Below are positions 39,205-47,984 of a stretch of DNA of 64,000 nucleotides, piece by piece (position 1 is the stretch's first letter; each line of letters begins with the position of its first letter). Below the pieces are notes generated by a model that saw nothing but the letters and a program-made list of their open reading frames with translations, had not been told where the DNA came from and did not search any database. This DNA comes from a virus. Taxonomy: Duplodnaviria; Heunggongvirae; Uroviricota; Caudoviricetes. The DNA is taken from IMG/VR virus record IMGVR_UViG_3300037245_002365, one strand, 5' to 3'. The translations under genes and the position numbers were made by a program.

Positions 39205-39864
39205 ATGTTTCGCAAGTATGAGAAAACATATCGCATACTTGTTCCTCAGATTAACGTCAAAGGAAAGCACTTCCTTTCCAAAGACGAGATGCGCGCATTA
39301 CTTGGCGGGGAGGTAACCCTTCTCGAAAAGTTAGACGGCGCTAACACTGGCATTATCCCAACGCGAGACTGGTTCCGTTTGCAAAAACGGGGCTCTCTCG
39401 TGGATGCCAGTGAACATCATCAATTTAATTTTTTTAAAGCATGGTCTGAGCAGAACTATGAAAAGCTGATCGATATACCAAAACATTATAGGGTGTATGG
39501 GGAGCTTATGCGCTGTGTACACACAGTAAACTATAATAAACTTCCAGATTGGTTTGTAGTATTTGGTATCTTTGATACTAAATTAATGCAATACTTAAGC
39601 TGGAATAATGTGATAGCACTTTGTGATGGATGGGGACTTAGTACAGTACCAACCATAGCAAATGGTGTTCACGTAGAAAAAATGGACCTTTTCAACCTAA
39701 TACCAGATGTATCAGGTTATGGGGACGAGGCTGCGGAGGGCCTTGTAGTATGGAACTACAGAAGACAGATGAGAGGCAAACTTGTAAGAGAAGAATTTGT
39801 TAAACATATGGATAACTCCGGTCACTGGATGACCAAGGAGTTGAAATTTAACTCTTTGATTTAG
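39205..39864 (+). CDS. Rnl2-like RNA ligase, nucleotidyltransferase domain only
   Basis: N-terminus MFRKYEKTY matches the T4 Rnl2 N-terminus MFKKYSSLENHY. Motif I is EKLDGAN (KxDGxN). At 219 aa it lacks a C-terminal domain. Confidence 0.55.
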   Translation: MFRKYEKTYRILVPQINVKGKHFLSKDEMRALLGGEVTLLEKLDGANTGIIPTRDWFRLQKRGSLVDASEHHQFNFFKAWSEQNYEKLIDIPKHYRVYGELMRCVHTVNYNKLPDWFVVFGIFDTKLMQYLSWNNVIALCDGWGLSTVPTIANGVHVEKMDLFNLIPDVSGYGDEAAEGLVVWNYRRQMRGKLVREEFVKHMDNSGHWMTKELKFNSLI

Positions 39865-39888
39865 TTTAAAATTTAACCAAACAAAATT

Positions 39889-40632
39889 TTGGAATTATTA
39901 ATAAATGCTGGCGATTTTGAGTTACTCACACCGCCAGACGAATTGCGGGCACAAATGCGCCGTATGGAAAGAGCAGGTAGAACCTGCTATCAGTCAGAGA
40001 TCGGTGAAATCACCGATGTCACTGCTGAAAACTTTGTAAGAAAAATATTGCATCAGTTCCACCATGAGAGTGTAATTGAACATAGCTCTTTAACAGTGAA
40101 ATTTACAGGTGTATGCCGTGGATTCACTCATGAATTAGTACGTCACAGATTAGCGTCTTTCTCTCAGGAAAGCACACGATATGTAGACTATGCTAAATCT
40201 GAAACTAAGGGTGCTGCAGACATAGTAGACCTTGATAGATTTGAATTACGTTGTGTTGCACCACCACACAGAGATGTGGATGAAAAATTTCAAGTCCATG
40301 ACAATTTCACTGGGCATGTAATGAAGTCTTACAGAGATATGCTTGAAGAAATGGAAGCCAACTACAAAGCTTTACGTAAAGCTGGTTGGGTACCACAAGA
40401 TGCAAGGCAAATACTGCCAATAGCAACTGAAAGTGATATTGTTGTTACGGCTAACTGGAGAGAATGGAGACACATTCTTACAATGAGAACGGGTAAACCT
40501 GCTCATTGGGAAATTAGGCGTGTAATGTGCAACTTACTGCAAGTATTACAGGAAACTATCCCAGTAATATTTGAAGATTTTGTAGAAGCAGGTACTAGCG
40601 ATGGTGTTCTATATTATTCAAGATTCAAGTAA
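39889..40632 (+). CDS. thyX: Flavin-dependent thymidylate synthase ThyX
   Basis: ELVRHRLASFSQESTRY is the ThyX RHRxxSxxxxSxRY signature. The start appears to be TTG. Confidence 0.75.
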   Translation: MELLINAGDFELLTPPDELRAQMRRMERAGRTCYQSEIGEITDVTAENFVRKILHQFHHESVIEHSSLTVKFTGVCRGFTHELVRHRLASFSQESTRYVDYAKSETKGAADIVDLDRFELRCVAPPHRDVDEKFQVHDNFTGHVMKSYRDMLEEMEANYKALRKAGWVPQDARQILPIATESDIVVTANWREWRHILTMRTGKPAHWEIRRVMCNLLQVLQETIPVIFEDFVEAGTSDGVLYYSRFK

Positions 40633-40676
40633 ACACCTTTGTCGCCTTAAAAATTAACCACAAATATGAGTAATAT

Positions 40677-41222
40677 ATGACTGATAAGAAAATTTACTAC
40701 ACAGGAATCGGATCACGCTCAACACCCGCAGCTTATATGCTCTTGATGGAGAATTTTGCTGAAAGGCTATCAAGGCTAGATATAATTTTAAGATCTGGTG
40801 GTGCAGATGGAGCAGACAGTGCATTTGAAAAGGGAGTAATAGGAGATTTAAAAGAAATCTTTCTCCCATGGCCAAATTTTAATCATAATAAATCTGATTT
40901 ATGTAATATAAGCGTAGAAGCATACAAACTTGCTTGGGAACATCACCCACATTGGGCAGCCTTAAAGCAATCAGTTAGAAAATTACATGCAAGAAACGTT
41001 CATCAGATTTTAGGTAAGGACTTGAAGACTCCGTCTTCAGCAGTTATTTGCTGGACACAAGATGGTGCAAACACAGCTAAAGATTGTACTAGATTAACTG
41101 GCGGTACAGGGATGGCTATCAGAATAGCACATGAGCACAAAGTGCCTGTCTATAATATAAAGAACAGAGAAGACTACTCTAAATGCATAGAGTGGATTAC
41201 TAATTTAGGGGACCAAAAATGA
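40677..41222 (+). CDS. DprA/Smf-like SLOG-family Rossmann-fold protein
   Basis: YYTGIGSRSTP...ILRSGGADGADSAFEKGV matches the DprA pattern vGsR-x-P...SG-A-GiD-aAH. Confidence 0.5.
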   Translation: MTDKKIYYTGIGSRSTPAAYMLLMENFAERLSRLDIILRSGGADGADSAFEKGVIGDLKEIFLPWPNFNHNKSDLCNISVEAYKLAWEHHPHWAALKQSVRKLHARNVHQILGKDLKTPSSAVICWTQDGANTAKDCTRLTGGTGMAIRIAHEHKVPVYNIKNREDYSKCIEWITNLGDQK

Positions 41223-41404
41223 TTTCAAAGATTAAAAAAGTTATTCTAATATATGACTGTGAATATTTAGAAGAAGAGGTAGAAGTTGAAATTACTGATA
41301 ACATTGTATTGTCAGAGTATACTCGTGGATTAGATGTGATTGCTGAAGTGTATTGTTCGTGTATGCGTTTACACAAATTCATACTAAAAAAAGAAGAACG
41401 ATGA
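41219..41404 (+). CDS. Hypothetical small protein
   Basis: 61-aa ORF coupled to its neighbours. Confidence 0.4.
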   Translation: MISKIKKVILIYDCEYLEEEVEVEITDNIVLSEYTRGLDVIAEVYCSCMRLHKFILKKEER

Positions 41405-42564
41405 AATTTACACACGACAAATTACAAGAGTATATAGATAAGAAAATGCTGATGCGACAGAAGCATCCAGTATTCGATTACTATATCTATAACTATACTC
41501 CAGAGGTACAATTTAAGAAACTCTGGAACCCTACGCTTATGGCATGTAGAGGCCTAATTTTGGATGGAGACAGCAATGTTATTGCTCGACCATTTACTAA
41601 GTTCTTTAATTACTCTGAATTAGGACCATCTGCAAGAGGAACACTCAATAGACGGGTTAGTGAAGTCTACGAAAAAATGGACGGTAGCTTGGGTATAATG
41701 TACCCCCACCCTGGTTTTGAAGAGTTTAGTATTGCAAGCAGAGGAAGTTTTACCTCTCCGCAGGCACTATTCGGTACTGATTTATTGAATAATAAATACA
41801 GGAAGTGGACTAAACATTTTAGATATGAACCAGAAAATTTCCCAGAGAACAGTATTTTTCTAGCAGAAAAAACAGTAATTTTTGAGATAATTTATCCCGA
41901 AAACAGAATAGTAGTTAACTATGGCGATATGGAAGATATGGTTTATCTAGGTGTTGTTGAAAACAGTACCGGAAACGATCTTTATCCAGTAATAGAAAAA
42001 GACTGGCCCTTTCCTGTTGTTCGTAGATACACAGAATTAGAAAACCTCACTATGGATGAATTGGTAGAGCGTGTTAACAACCACGAAGATTACGGTAATA
42101 ACCGTGAAGGTTACGTGGTAAAATTTAAGAACGGCTCTCGAACCAAATTGAAATATCCTGATTATATCAGGTTACATCGAATAATGACTGATATGAGTGA
42201 GAAACGAATTCTTGAAGCAGTGATCCAAGGACCGCTGTCTGAAGAATTCTTGGATGGTGTTCCAGATGAATGCTATGATTGGCTGAAAGATGTAGAGAAA
42301 CGATTCAGAGCTGAATACGAAACAATCAAATTATCTTGCCAGCTATTCTATCAACAGTGCCAATTAAAACAGATAGGGGACGCACCAAAGTTCACCAGAA
42401 AAGATTGGGCATTAGCATTTCTTAAGACGCCTTACCCAGCAGTGCTATTTAATATGCTAGATGGAAATGATTATTCACCAGCGATTTGGGCCAAAATTGA
42501 GCCTAAACCCGGAAAACAAACCTTTCAGACGTCTGGATATAATAGAACTAAAGAAAAGACTTGA
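41401..42564 (+). CDS. rnlA: RNA ligase 1 (T4 Rnl1 family)
   Basis: LMACRGLILDGDSNVIARPFTKFFN ... EKMDGSLG ... IASRGSFTSPQA aligns with T4 Rnl1 [27 protein letters not shown] ... KEDGSL ... KSKGSIKSEQA. Start placed at the ATGA overlap. Confidence 0.7.
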   Translation: MKFTHDKLQEYIDKKMLMRQKHPVFDYYIYNYTPEVQFKKLWNPTLMACRGLILDGDSNVIARPFTKFFNYSELGPSARGTLNRRVSEVYEKMDGSLGIMYPHPGFEEFSIASRGSFTSPQALFGTDLLNNKYRKWTKHFRYEPENFPENSIFLAEKTVIFEIIYPENRIVVNYGDMEDMVYLGVVENSTGNDLYPVIEKDWPFPVVRRYTELENLTMDELVERVNNHEDYGNNREGYVVKFKNGSRTKLKYPDYIRLHRIMTDMSEKRILEAVIQGPLSEEFLDGVPDECYDWLKDVEKRFRAEYETIKLSCQLFYQQCQLKQIGDAPKFTRKDWALAFLKTPYPAVLFNMLDGNDYSPAIWAKIEPKPGKQTFQTSGYNRTKEKT

Positions 42565-42707
42565 CAAAATACTTAATATATAGCTATATTAAAATATGGT
42601 AACAAATGAACATAAATACGCCTCAGCGAATTTAACGCAAGATTTTAGTGGGAGAGACCCACTAGGAGTTTTGGTTACCTAAGTTTATACTTATTATTTT
42701 GTTAAAC

Positions 42708-42741
42708 AACCCCGGTAACCTCAAAAGTTCCGGGGTTTTTG
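42708..42741 (+). terminator. Rho-independent terminator just before the first tRNA
   Basis: Stem AACCCCGG/CCGGGGTT followed by a T run. Confidence 0.65.
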
Positions 42742-42763
42742 ATTTTTGACATCGCGTATTATT

Positions 42764-42837
42764 GTCTCAGTAGCTCAGTCTGGTAGAGCGCCGTCCCTCC
42801 AAGTCGGATGTCGCAGGTTCAAATCCTGTCTGGGACT
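42764..42837 (+). tRNA. tRNA, most likely Gly (anticodon TCC); an alternative reading of the loop gives Trp (CCA)
   Basis: Hand-folded. Acceptor GTCTCAG/CTGGGAC (one G-U), D-arm GCTC/GAGC, T-arm GCAGG-TTCAAAT-CCTGT. Anticodon stem CCGTC/GTCGG has one T-T mismatch. Loop is CCTCCAA. Confidence 0.65.
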
Positions 42838-42863
42838 CACAATTAGGAAAACCAAATATTAAT

Positions 42864-43346
42864 ATGATTGATTTACAACAGTTTGTAAGATTTATACAAA
42901 GCGGCGGTGCTGCATATGATGGCTATGCTTATGGCTATGGTCGTGAACAACGTGGCCAAGCCATATATGAAATAAGAATCCATCCAGAAGATTTTGAAAC
43001 GCTTCGAGAGCAGCTTGCTAGAGCTTACGGAGGTATGCCTATGTATCAACATGACCCTTATGGACGTCAAGATACCTACAGACAAATTATGGGCCAAAAC
43101 TTCCAAATAGATAATAATATAGCTATCGGAAGTATAGGTGTTTTTTTTCGACCGCCACAACAAATAGAATTGAGTGGTCCAACAGAAAAACCGAAGGAAC
43201 CACCAGTATCTATGAAAGAGGTTTGTGATAGTATGATACAGACTTTAACAGAAGAAACAAAAGACATGAACTACCTGAAAACGACAGTAGCTGATGTACA
43301 GCCTATAAGAGGAAGGATGCCGAACGATGAAGAGAGGGTATTTTGA
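42864..43346 (+). CDS. Hypothetical protein
   Basis: 160-aa ORF directly after the tRNA. Confidence 0.55.
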   Translation: MIDLQQFVRFIQSGGAAYDGYAYGYGREQRGQAIYEIRIHPEDFETLREQLARAYGGMPMYQHDPYGRQDTYRQIMGQNFQIDNNIAIGSIGVFFRPPQQIELSGPTEKPKEPPVSMKEVCDSMIQTLTEETKDMNYLKTTVADVQPIRGRMPNDEERVF

Positions 43347-43764
43347 AATAGGGATTATAAATGGCAAAGATAAGGCTAATATAGGTACTCTATGGCGCTC
43401 TGCATATCAATTAGGGGCATCGGGTATTTTCACAATAGGTGCTAGATACTCACACCAAAAAAGCGACACAACAAAAGCTATAAAACACATACCATTAAGA
43501 CAGTACGAGACGTTTGAAGAATTTATGAAGATCAAACCGAAGGAAGCACGCTTAATCTGTGTAGAAACGGGAGGCTCACCACTAAAAAGGTTTGTACATC
43601 CTACTTCTGCAATATACTTATTAGGCGCGGAAGATACAGGTATACCAGAGTATATACAAGTCGAGAGCGACTACATTATTTCACTACAATCTGTAAATAT
43701 ATCATCATATAATGTATCTGTAGCAGGAACCTTAGTTATGTATGACAGGATGTTTAATAAATAA
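43327..43764 (+). CDS. SpoU/TrmH-family RNA 2'-O-methyltransferase
   Basis: IGIINGKDKANIGTLWRSAYQLGASGIF matches the SPOUT motif (PEN-GN-GTL-RSA-AFGA) and is followed by LLGAEDTGI. Confidence 0.6.
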   Translation: MKRGYFEIGIINGKDKANIGTLWRSAYQLGASGIFTIGARYSHQKSDTTKAIKHIPLRQYETFEEFMKIKPKEARLICVETGGSPLKRFVHPTSAIYLLGAEDTGIPEYIQVESDYIISLQSVNISSYNVSVAGTLVMYDRMFNK

Positions 43765-43776
43765 CCAAAAATTAAA

Positions 43777-44211
43777 ATGATTAAAGATCATTATGTTGCA
43801 GGCTTTGTCTTTGACAAAGAACTAGAACATATCTATTTAATTAGAAAAAACAGACCAAGTTGGCAGGAAGGCTTGCTAAATGGAATCGGCGGACACATAG
43901 AGGCTAATGAGTCTCCACTATCCGCAGTGGTTAGAGAGTTTATAGAAGAAACTGCCACTAAAGTAAATGCAGAAGATTGGCATCATATTGCTACCATATC
44001 CAGCAAACCAGATAAAACTTCTGGATTCCCATGGGAATGCTGGTTTTTCATGGCAGTTACTGGACAGACTCCAGTAACCAATACAGATGAAGAAGTTGTT
44101 AAAGTTAGATTAACTGACTTACATGATGGGGACGTAATACCAAATTTAAACTGGTTAATACCTTTAGCACTGCATGGTGAGAAAAGTTGGCCAGTGATAG
44201 CAAATGAGTAA
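43777..44211 (+). CDS. Nudix hydrolase
   Basis: Nudix box GGHIEANESPLSAVVREFIEETA (Gx5Ex7REUxEExGU). Confidence 0.7.
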   Translation: MIKDHYVAGFVFDKELEHIYLIRKNRPSWQEGLLNGIGGHIEANESPLSAVVREFIEETATKVNAEDWHHIATISSKPDKTSGFPWECWFFMAVTGQTPVTNTDEEVVKVRLTDLHDGDVIPNLNWLIPLALHGEKSWPVIANE

Positions 44212-44221
44212 AGGAACATAA

Positions 44222-44653
44222 ATGATATTTTCAGCAGGTGTGATGATCAGAAGAACATCCGATAATAACGTTTTAATATGTCGACCCCTCATGGGTAAGA
44301 CAGCACGCTCTTTTCCAAAGGGAGAAGTTGATGACGGAGAAACTTACGCCCAAACAGCAAAAAGAGAAACTTTTGAAGAAACAAATATAGACCTTCCATT
44401 AGAATCTCTAAAGTATATGGGTCAGTTTAAATATGTTAAGAGAAATAAAACTATCGTTCTATTCTCTGCAACAATAGATGACAAGGATTTACCGGATGAG
44501 CTTATTTGCTCATCAACGTTCCAGCTAAAGGGCAAAGGCCCTCAGTTACCAGAAGTAGATAAATTTGAATGGGTAACCATTTCAGATGCTATCGAACTTG
44601 TGCATGAAGCACAATCAAGGGTCGTTAAGAATTACGTGACAGAAAAAATGTAA
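44222..44653 (+). CDS. Nudix hydrolase (second copy)
   Basis: Nudix box GEVDDGETYAQTAKRETFEETNI. Confidence 0.7.
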   Translation: MIFSAGVMIRRTSDNNVLICRPLMGKTARSFPKGEVDDGETYAQTAKRETFEETNIDLPLESLKYMGQFKYVKRNKTIVLFSATIDDKDLPDELICSSTFQLKGKGPQLPEVDKFEWVTISDAIELVHEAQSRVVKNYVTEKM

Positions 44654-44661
44654 GGAACCGA

Positions 44662-44961
44662 ATGAAAGTTGTATATGATACTGCAGGTATGGAAGAAATG
44701 ATAGACAGTGCAGGTAAAAGGGTATTACACCATCCGAAAGGAAGCTGTAAAAACCAAGAAGCTGGCTGTCCAGTACATAACCCATCAGAGCACAAATTAA
44801 ATGAGGCACCCTTGTTTTTTGCTGATGAGTTATTGTTTCCAGTATTCTTTAGAGTATGCGAACATGGACATAGACATCCAGATCCAGACTCTTTACGTTA
44901 TTATAGAGATATGGGATATTCATTAAATGACAACCACGAATGTGATGGTTGTTGCACATAA
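44662..44961 (+). CDS. His/Cys-rich small protein (metal-binding?)
   Basis: HHPKGSCKNQEAGCPVHNPSEH...CEHGHRH...CDGCC. Confidence 0.5.
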   Translation: MKVVYDTAGMEEMIDSAGKRVLHHPKGSCKNQEAGCPVHNPSEHKLNEAPLFFADELLFPVFFRVCEHGHRHPDPDSLRYYRDMGYSLNDNHECDGCCT

Positions 44962-45062
44962 AAATTATGGAGGGAGTGTAAGGATGTCTAAGTACGTACT
45001 AGAGATACCTTACTACGAGAGGATGACTCAACTCCCTCCGTCACTTTAAAAAAGGAAATTAA

Positions 45063-45335
45063 ATGAGAGATATAAAAGAAGTTATTAGCAGAATGCTTGA
45101 AGTAATTAATGAGCAATCAGAAATAAGCGTTTACATTGAATCGCTTATTGCCGGACTGGAAGATATTCGACTTAGGGTTGATAAAAACCAATCCAACGAC
45201 TTGGCTTGGGGAGGTATAGGACATTATCTTTCAACTTATATGCTCAACTCAAACGATCCAGAATCACCGGAGTGGACAAGAGAGGTTGCCGCATTATTTG
45301 TTGGCAAAACCTACATAGCTCCAGTAACGGAATAG
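45063..45335 (+). CDS. Hypothetical protein
   Basis: 90-aa ORF with a GGAAAT RBS. Confidence 0.5.
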   Translation: MRDIKEVISRMLEVINEQSEISVYIESLIAGLEDIRLRVDKNQSNDLAWGGIGHYLSTYMLNSNDPESPEWTREVAALFVGKTYIAPVTE

Positions 45336-45337
45336 AA

Positions 45338-45577
45338 ATGCTTGACAACAAAAACTTCACAACAATAGTCTATTATGCAGAAGACATAAAAAAGTGGGAA
45401 TATAAACTTACTACCGGCAAACTGATCCTACAAGATGGACGATGGTTTGTTGAAGGTGGGTTTACTATTTCTGGTGGAGCTACTACAGCTGCAAAAGCTT
45501 ATCGCTCAGCAAGAATAAGTTTAGGGCTCAGTAAGTTATATAATTTGCTTATATGGCTTTTGGACAAATACAGATAG
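45338..45577 (+). CDS. Hypothetical protein
   Basis: Starts at the ATG right after the previous stop. The upstream extension shown in the ORF track (from 45206) is not trusted. Confidence 0.45.
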   Translation: MLDNKNFTTIVYYAEDIKKWEYKLTTGKLILQDGRWFVEGGFTISGGATTAAKAYRSARISLGLSKLYNLLIWLLDKYR

Positions 45578-46056
45578 ATAAGAAAGATATGGACGAACAA
45601 AACACAAGATCGTACGATAGCACGAAAGACACCGTTGATCATATAAACAATGTACAAGAGTACCTTCTTTTGATGGCTACTAAATTGCTTGATCGAGGAT
45701 TAAATCATGATAGGTCAAAATTAGATGACCCTGAATTGGAAATATTCAATGAGTTTACTCCAAAGTTAAAGCAATTAACATTCGATAGTGATGAATATAA
45801 GAAATGTCGTGAAGAAATGGCACCAGCGTTAAACCACCATTATGCAAAGAACAGGCATCACCCTGAACACTTTGCTGAAGGGATAAATGATATGACGTTG
45901 ATTGACATTTTAGAGATGCTGTGTGACTGGAAAGCAGCCACACTTCGCCAAAATGATGGCAATCTTAGAAAGAGTCTTGATTCGGCTTCAAAACGATTTA
46001 ATATAGACACACAACTTAAGAAAATACTGTTAAATAGTATTGGGTTGTTTGACTAA
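45553..46056 (+). CDS. HD-domain phosphohydrolase
   Basis: H...NHDRSKL...HHYAKNRHHPEH...D gives the H/HD/H/H/D metal-ligand pattern. Confidence 0.5.
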   Translation: MAFGQIQIDKKDMDEQNTRSYDSTKDTVDHINNVQEYLLLMATKLLDRGLNHDRSKLDDPELEIFNEFTPKLKQLTFDSDEYKKCREEMAPALNHHYAKNRHHPEHFAEGINDMTLIDILEMLCDWKAATLRQNDGNLRKSLDSASKRFNIDTQLKKILLNSIGLFD

Positions 46057-46063
46057 GGTTTGA

Positions 46064-46104
46064 GAAGCAAGCAAAGTTTATTAATTATTTTGCTTGCTTT
46101 TCGA
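46064..46104 (+). terminator. Rho-independent terminator
   Basis: GAAGCAAGCAAAG...TTTGCTTGCTTTT. It overlaps the -35 region of the HNH promoter. Confidence 0.6.
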
Positions 46105-46122
46105 TTCACAATTGTTTATATT
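46094..46122 (+). promoter_or_regulatory. sigma70-like promoter of an HNH gene (TTGCTT-17-TATATT). The ATG lies 6 nt after the -10, so the mRNA is probably leaderless.
   Basis: The same architecture sits upstream of all four HNH paralogs. Confidence 0.55.
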
Positions 46123-46127
46123 TAAGT

Positions 46128-46709
46128 ATGAAAGTTAAATGTAAATACTGTGAAATAGAATTCGACAAGAGACCGGATCAAGTTAAAAAATACAAAAATC
46201 ATTTTTGTAGTAGATCACACGCCGCGTCTTATAATAATAAGATTCACCCAAAATGTAGTTTCGACGGTATTAAAAATGTCTACTGTTTAGATTGTGAAAA
46301 ACCACTTAAGCATAAAACTCACCCTAGAAAAAAATATTGCAATCAGCAGTGCCAAATGAGTTTTCAACACAAAGAGTACATCAGAAGATGGCTCATTGGG
46401 GAAGAAACGGGTAATAGGTGTAAGACTGAGGTATCGATTTCGAAACATGTACGTAGATGGATTTTTGAAAAATATGACAACAAATGTTGTAAATGTGGTT
46501 GGGATAAGATTAACACAACTACGAATAAAATACCACTACAAGTAAGTCATATTGATGGGAACCCTTATAATACAATACCAGAAAATTTAGAACTTATATG
46601 CCCAAATTGCCATTCTTTAACTCCTACGTTTGGAGGACTGAATACAGGTAACGGCAGAAAATTAGAGAGCAATAAGGAAAAATATAGAGCATCGGGCCAC
46701 TGGGTGTAG
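46128..46709 (+). CDS. HNH homing endonuclease (free-standing)
   Basis: Cys-rich CxxC pairs. HNH core ...HIDGNPYNT...NLELICPNCH. The last ~8 codons overlap tRNA-Asp. Confidence 0.7.
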   Translation: MKVKCKYCEIEFDKRPDQVKKYKNHFCSRSHAASYNNKIHPKCSFDGIKNVYCLDCEKPLKHKTHPRKKYCNQQCQMSFQHKEYIRRWLIGEETGNRCKTEVSISKHVRRWIFEKYDNKCCKCGWDKINTTTNKIPLQVSHIDGNPYNTIPENLELICPNCHSLTPTFGGLNTGNGRKLESNKEKYRASGHWV

Positions 46710-46761
46710 CCACCTCCCTGTCACGGAGGATATCAGGCCGGTTCGAACCCGGTATGCTCTG
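46686..46761 (+). tRNA. tRNA-Asp (GTC)
   Basis: Perfect acceptor AGAGCAT/ATGCTCT. Anticodon stem CCTCC/GGAGG with loop CTGTCAC. T-arm GCCGG-TTCGAAC-CCGGT. Short 3-bp D-stem and a 7-nt variable loop. Confidence 0.65.
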
Positions 46762-46803
46762 CGGGGTTGGCCGGTTACCCGTTGAATCGAAAAACGGCAT
46801 TTT

Positions 46804-46878
46804 GGGGATATAGTTTAAATGGGAAAACATTGCCCTTGCAAGGCAAAATTTCGAGTTCGAGCCTCGATTTCTCCACCA
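46804..46878 (+). tRNA. tRNA-Ala (TGC), with encoded CCA
   Basis: D-arm GTTT/AAAC. Anticodon stem TTGCC/GGCAA with loop CTTGCAA. T-arm TCGAG-TTCGAGC-CTCGA. Acceptor GGGGATA/TTTCTCC has one U-U mismatch. Confidence 0.65.
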
Positions 46879-46914
46879 AATTCAATAAAAACAATAATTT
46901 ATGAAGGAGATACT

Positions 46915-47091
46915 ATGTTTGTAAATTTAAATGCAATGACAGATGAAGCGTATCAAGCCTTCATGGAAAAGTATCAAGAAAAAGTATTCGGAATTATCAT
47001 TGAAGCAGAATTTGAAATGGTTGAGAAGAAAGAAACATTTAGAGATAAGATAGGAAAATTGGTAGAAACAATAAAATCAATTAGAAAGTAA
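46915..47091 (+). CDS. Small hypothetical protein
   Basis: AAGGAG RBS 7 nt upstream. The longer ORF starting at 46819 overlaps tRNA-Ala. Confidence 0.5.
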   Translation: MFVNLNAMTDEAYQAFMEKYQEKVFGIIIEAEFEMVEKKETFRDKIGKLVETIKSIRK

Positions 47092-47747
47092 TGAAGATTG
47101 TAGCGATTGCAGATACACATATGCTCCATAATGACTTGATGGTCCCCGAGGGTGACCTACTTATCCACGCAGGAGACATGTGTACATATGGTAGAGAAAA
47201 TGAAGCTAGAGAAACTGCCAAATGGTGGAAATCCTTACCCCACCCTCATAAAATCTATGTTCCAGGAAATCATGATGTATCAATATATGAAAATCGTAGT
47301 TTAAGAGAATTATATGAGGATGAAAATAGCCACGTCTTAATTGACGAGGCTCTAGAAATTGATGGGATTAAGTTTTGGGGTAGCCCATGGACGCCAGAGT
47401 TTTGTGGATGGGCATTTATGCTACAAAGGGGCGGAGACGTACTAGCAAACAATTGGGCTGCTATTCCTGATGACACTGACGTGTTAATTACCCATGGCCC
47501 ACGCTTTGGGTATGGAGATAGAAACGAAGAAAATCTTCCAGTTGGGTGTGAAGCACTAGCTTGGCGGCTAGAGCAAATGCCTGATTTGAAGTACCATATC
47601 TTCGGACACATCCATACAGATTATGGTATAAGAAGATTCAATAACACCTCTGTTATAAACGCTTCTATACATGAGGGTACGTGGAAACACCACGACTTTA
47701 CCCCACCTATTGTTTTTGAGTATGGAGAAGAACCCCATTATGGGTAA
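47091..47747 (+). CDS. Calcineurin-like metallophosphoesterase
   Basis: Motifs IADTH, GDMCTYG, GNHD, GH-H. Confidence 0.7.
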   Translation: MKIVAIADTHMLHNDLMVPEGDLLIHAGDMCTYGRENEARETAKWWKSLPHPHKIYVPGNHDVSIYENRSLRELYEDENSHVLIDEALEIDGIKFWGSPWTPEFCGWAFMLQRGGDVLANNWAAIPDDTDVLITHGPRFGYGDRNEENLPVGCEALAWRLEQMPDLKYHIFGHIHTDYGIRRFNNTSVINASIHEGTWKHHDFTPPIVFEYGEEPHYG

Positions 47748-47898
47748 GAAAAAAATAAAACCGCCTAAGTCAAAATCTTTGACTAAATATCCGATACCAC
47801 CTACTACAAGAGAGGAAGATACCTCGAAACACACTAAAAAAGAGCGGCGGGAAAATAAAAAAGATATGAAGAATATTGAAATTGATTCAGAATAATTG

Positions 47899-47981
47899 GC
47901 CCTGCAGCATTGTGGCATAAATGCGCTAAACTAAGCATGCCCATGGTTTAGAGATATCGGTTCGAGTCCGTTCAGGGTTCA
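47899..47981 (+). ncRNA. tRNA-like element with canonical acceptor, D and T arms but an oversized anticodon region
   Basis: Acceptor GGCCCTG/CAGGGTT. D-arm GCAT-x10-ATGC. T-arm ATCGG-TTCGAGT-CCGTT. A 6-bp stem CTAAAC/GTTTAG encloses a 14-nt loop. Confidence 0.35.
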
Positions 47982-47984
47982 AAA

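Noticed and set aside
42764-42837. Firm isotype assignment for the first tRNA
   Set aside because: The anticodon loop CCTCCAA can be read as TCC (Gly) with a C at position 33, or shifted to CCA (Trp) with poorer stem pairing. It is left ambiguous.
45206-45337. Upstream part of ORF 45206..45577
   Set aside because: It overlaps the 45063..45335 gene in another frame. An ATG at 45338, right after that gene's stop, fits the local coupled-gene pattern better.
46819-46914. N-terminal extension of the 46819..47091 ORF
   Set aside because: It overlaps tRNA-Ala. An internal ATG at 46915 has a perfect AAGGAG RBS.
47625-47634. GGTATAAGAA motif inside the metallophosphoesterase coding sequence
   Set aside because: It may be a chance occurrence or an internal promoter. 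It is not counted as a promoter without transcript data.
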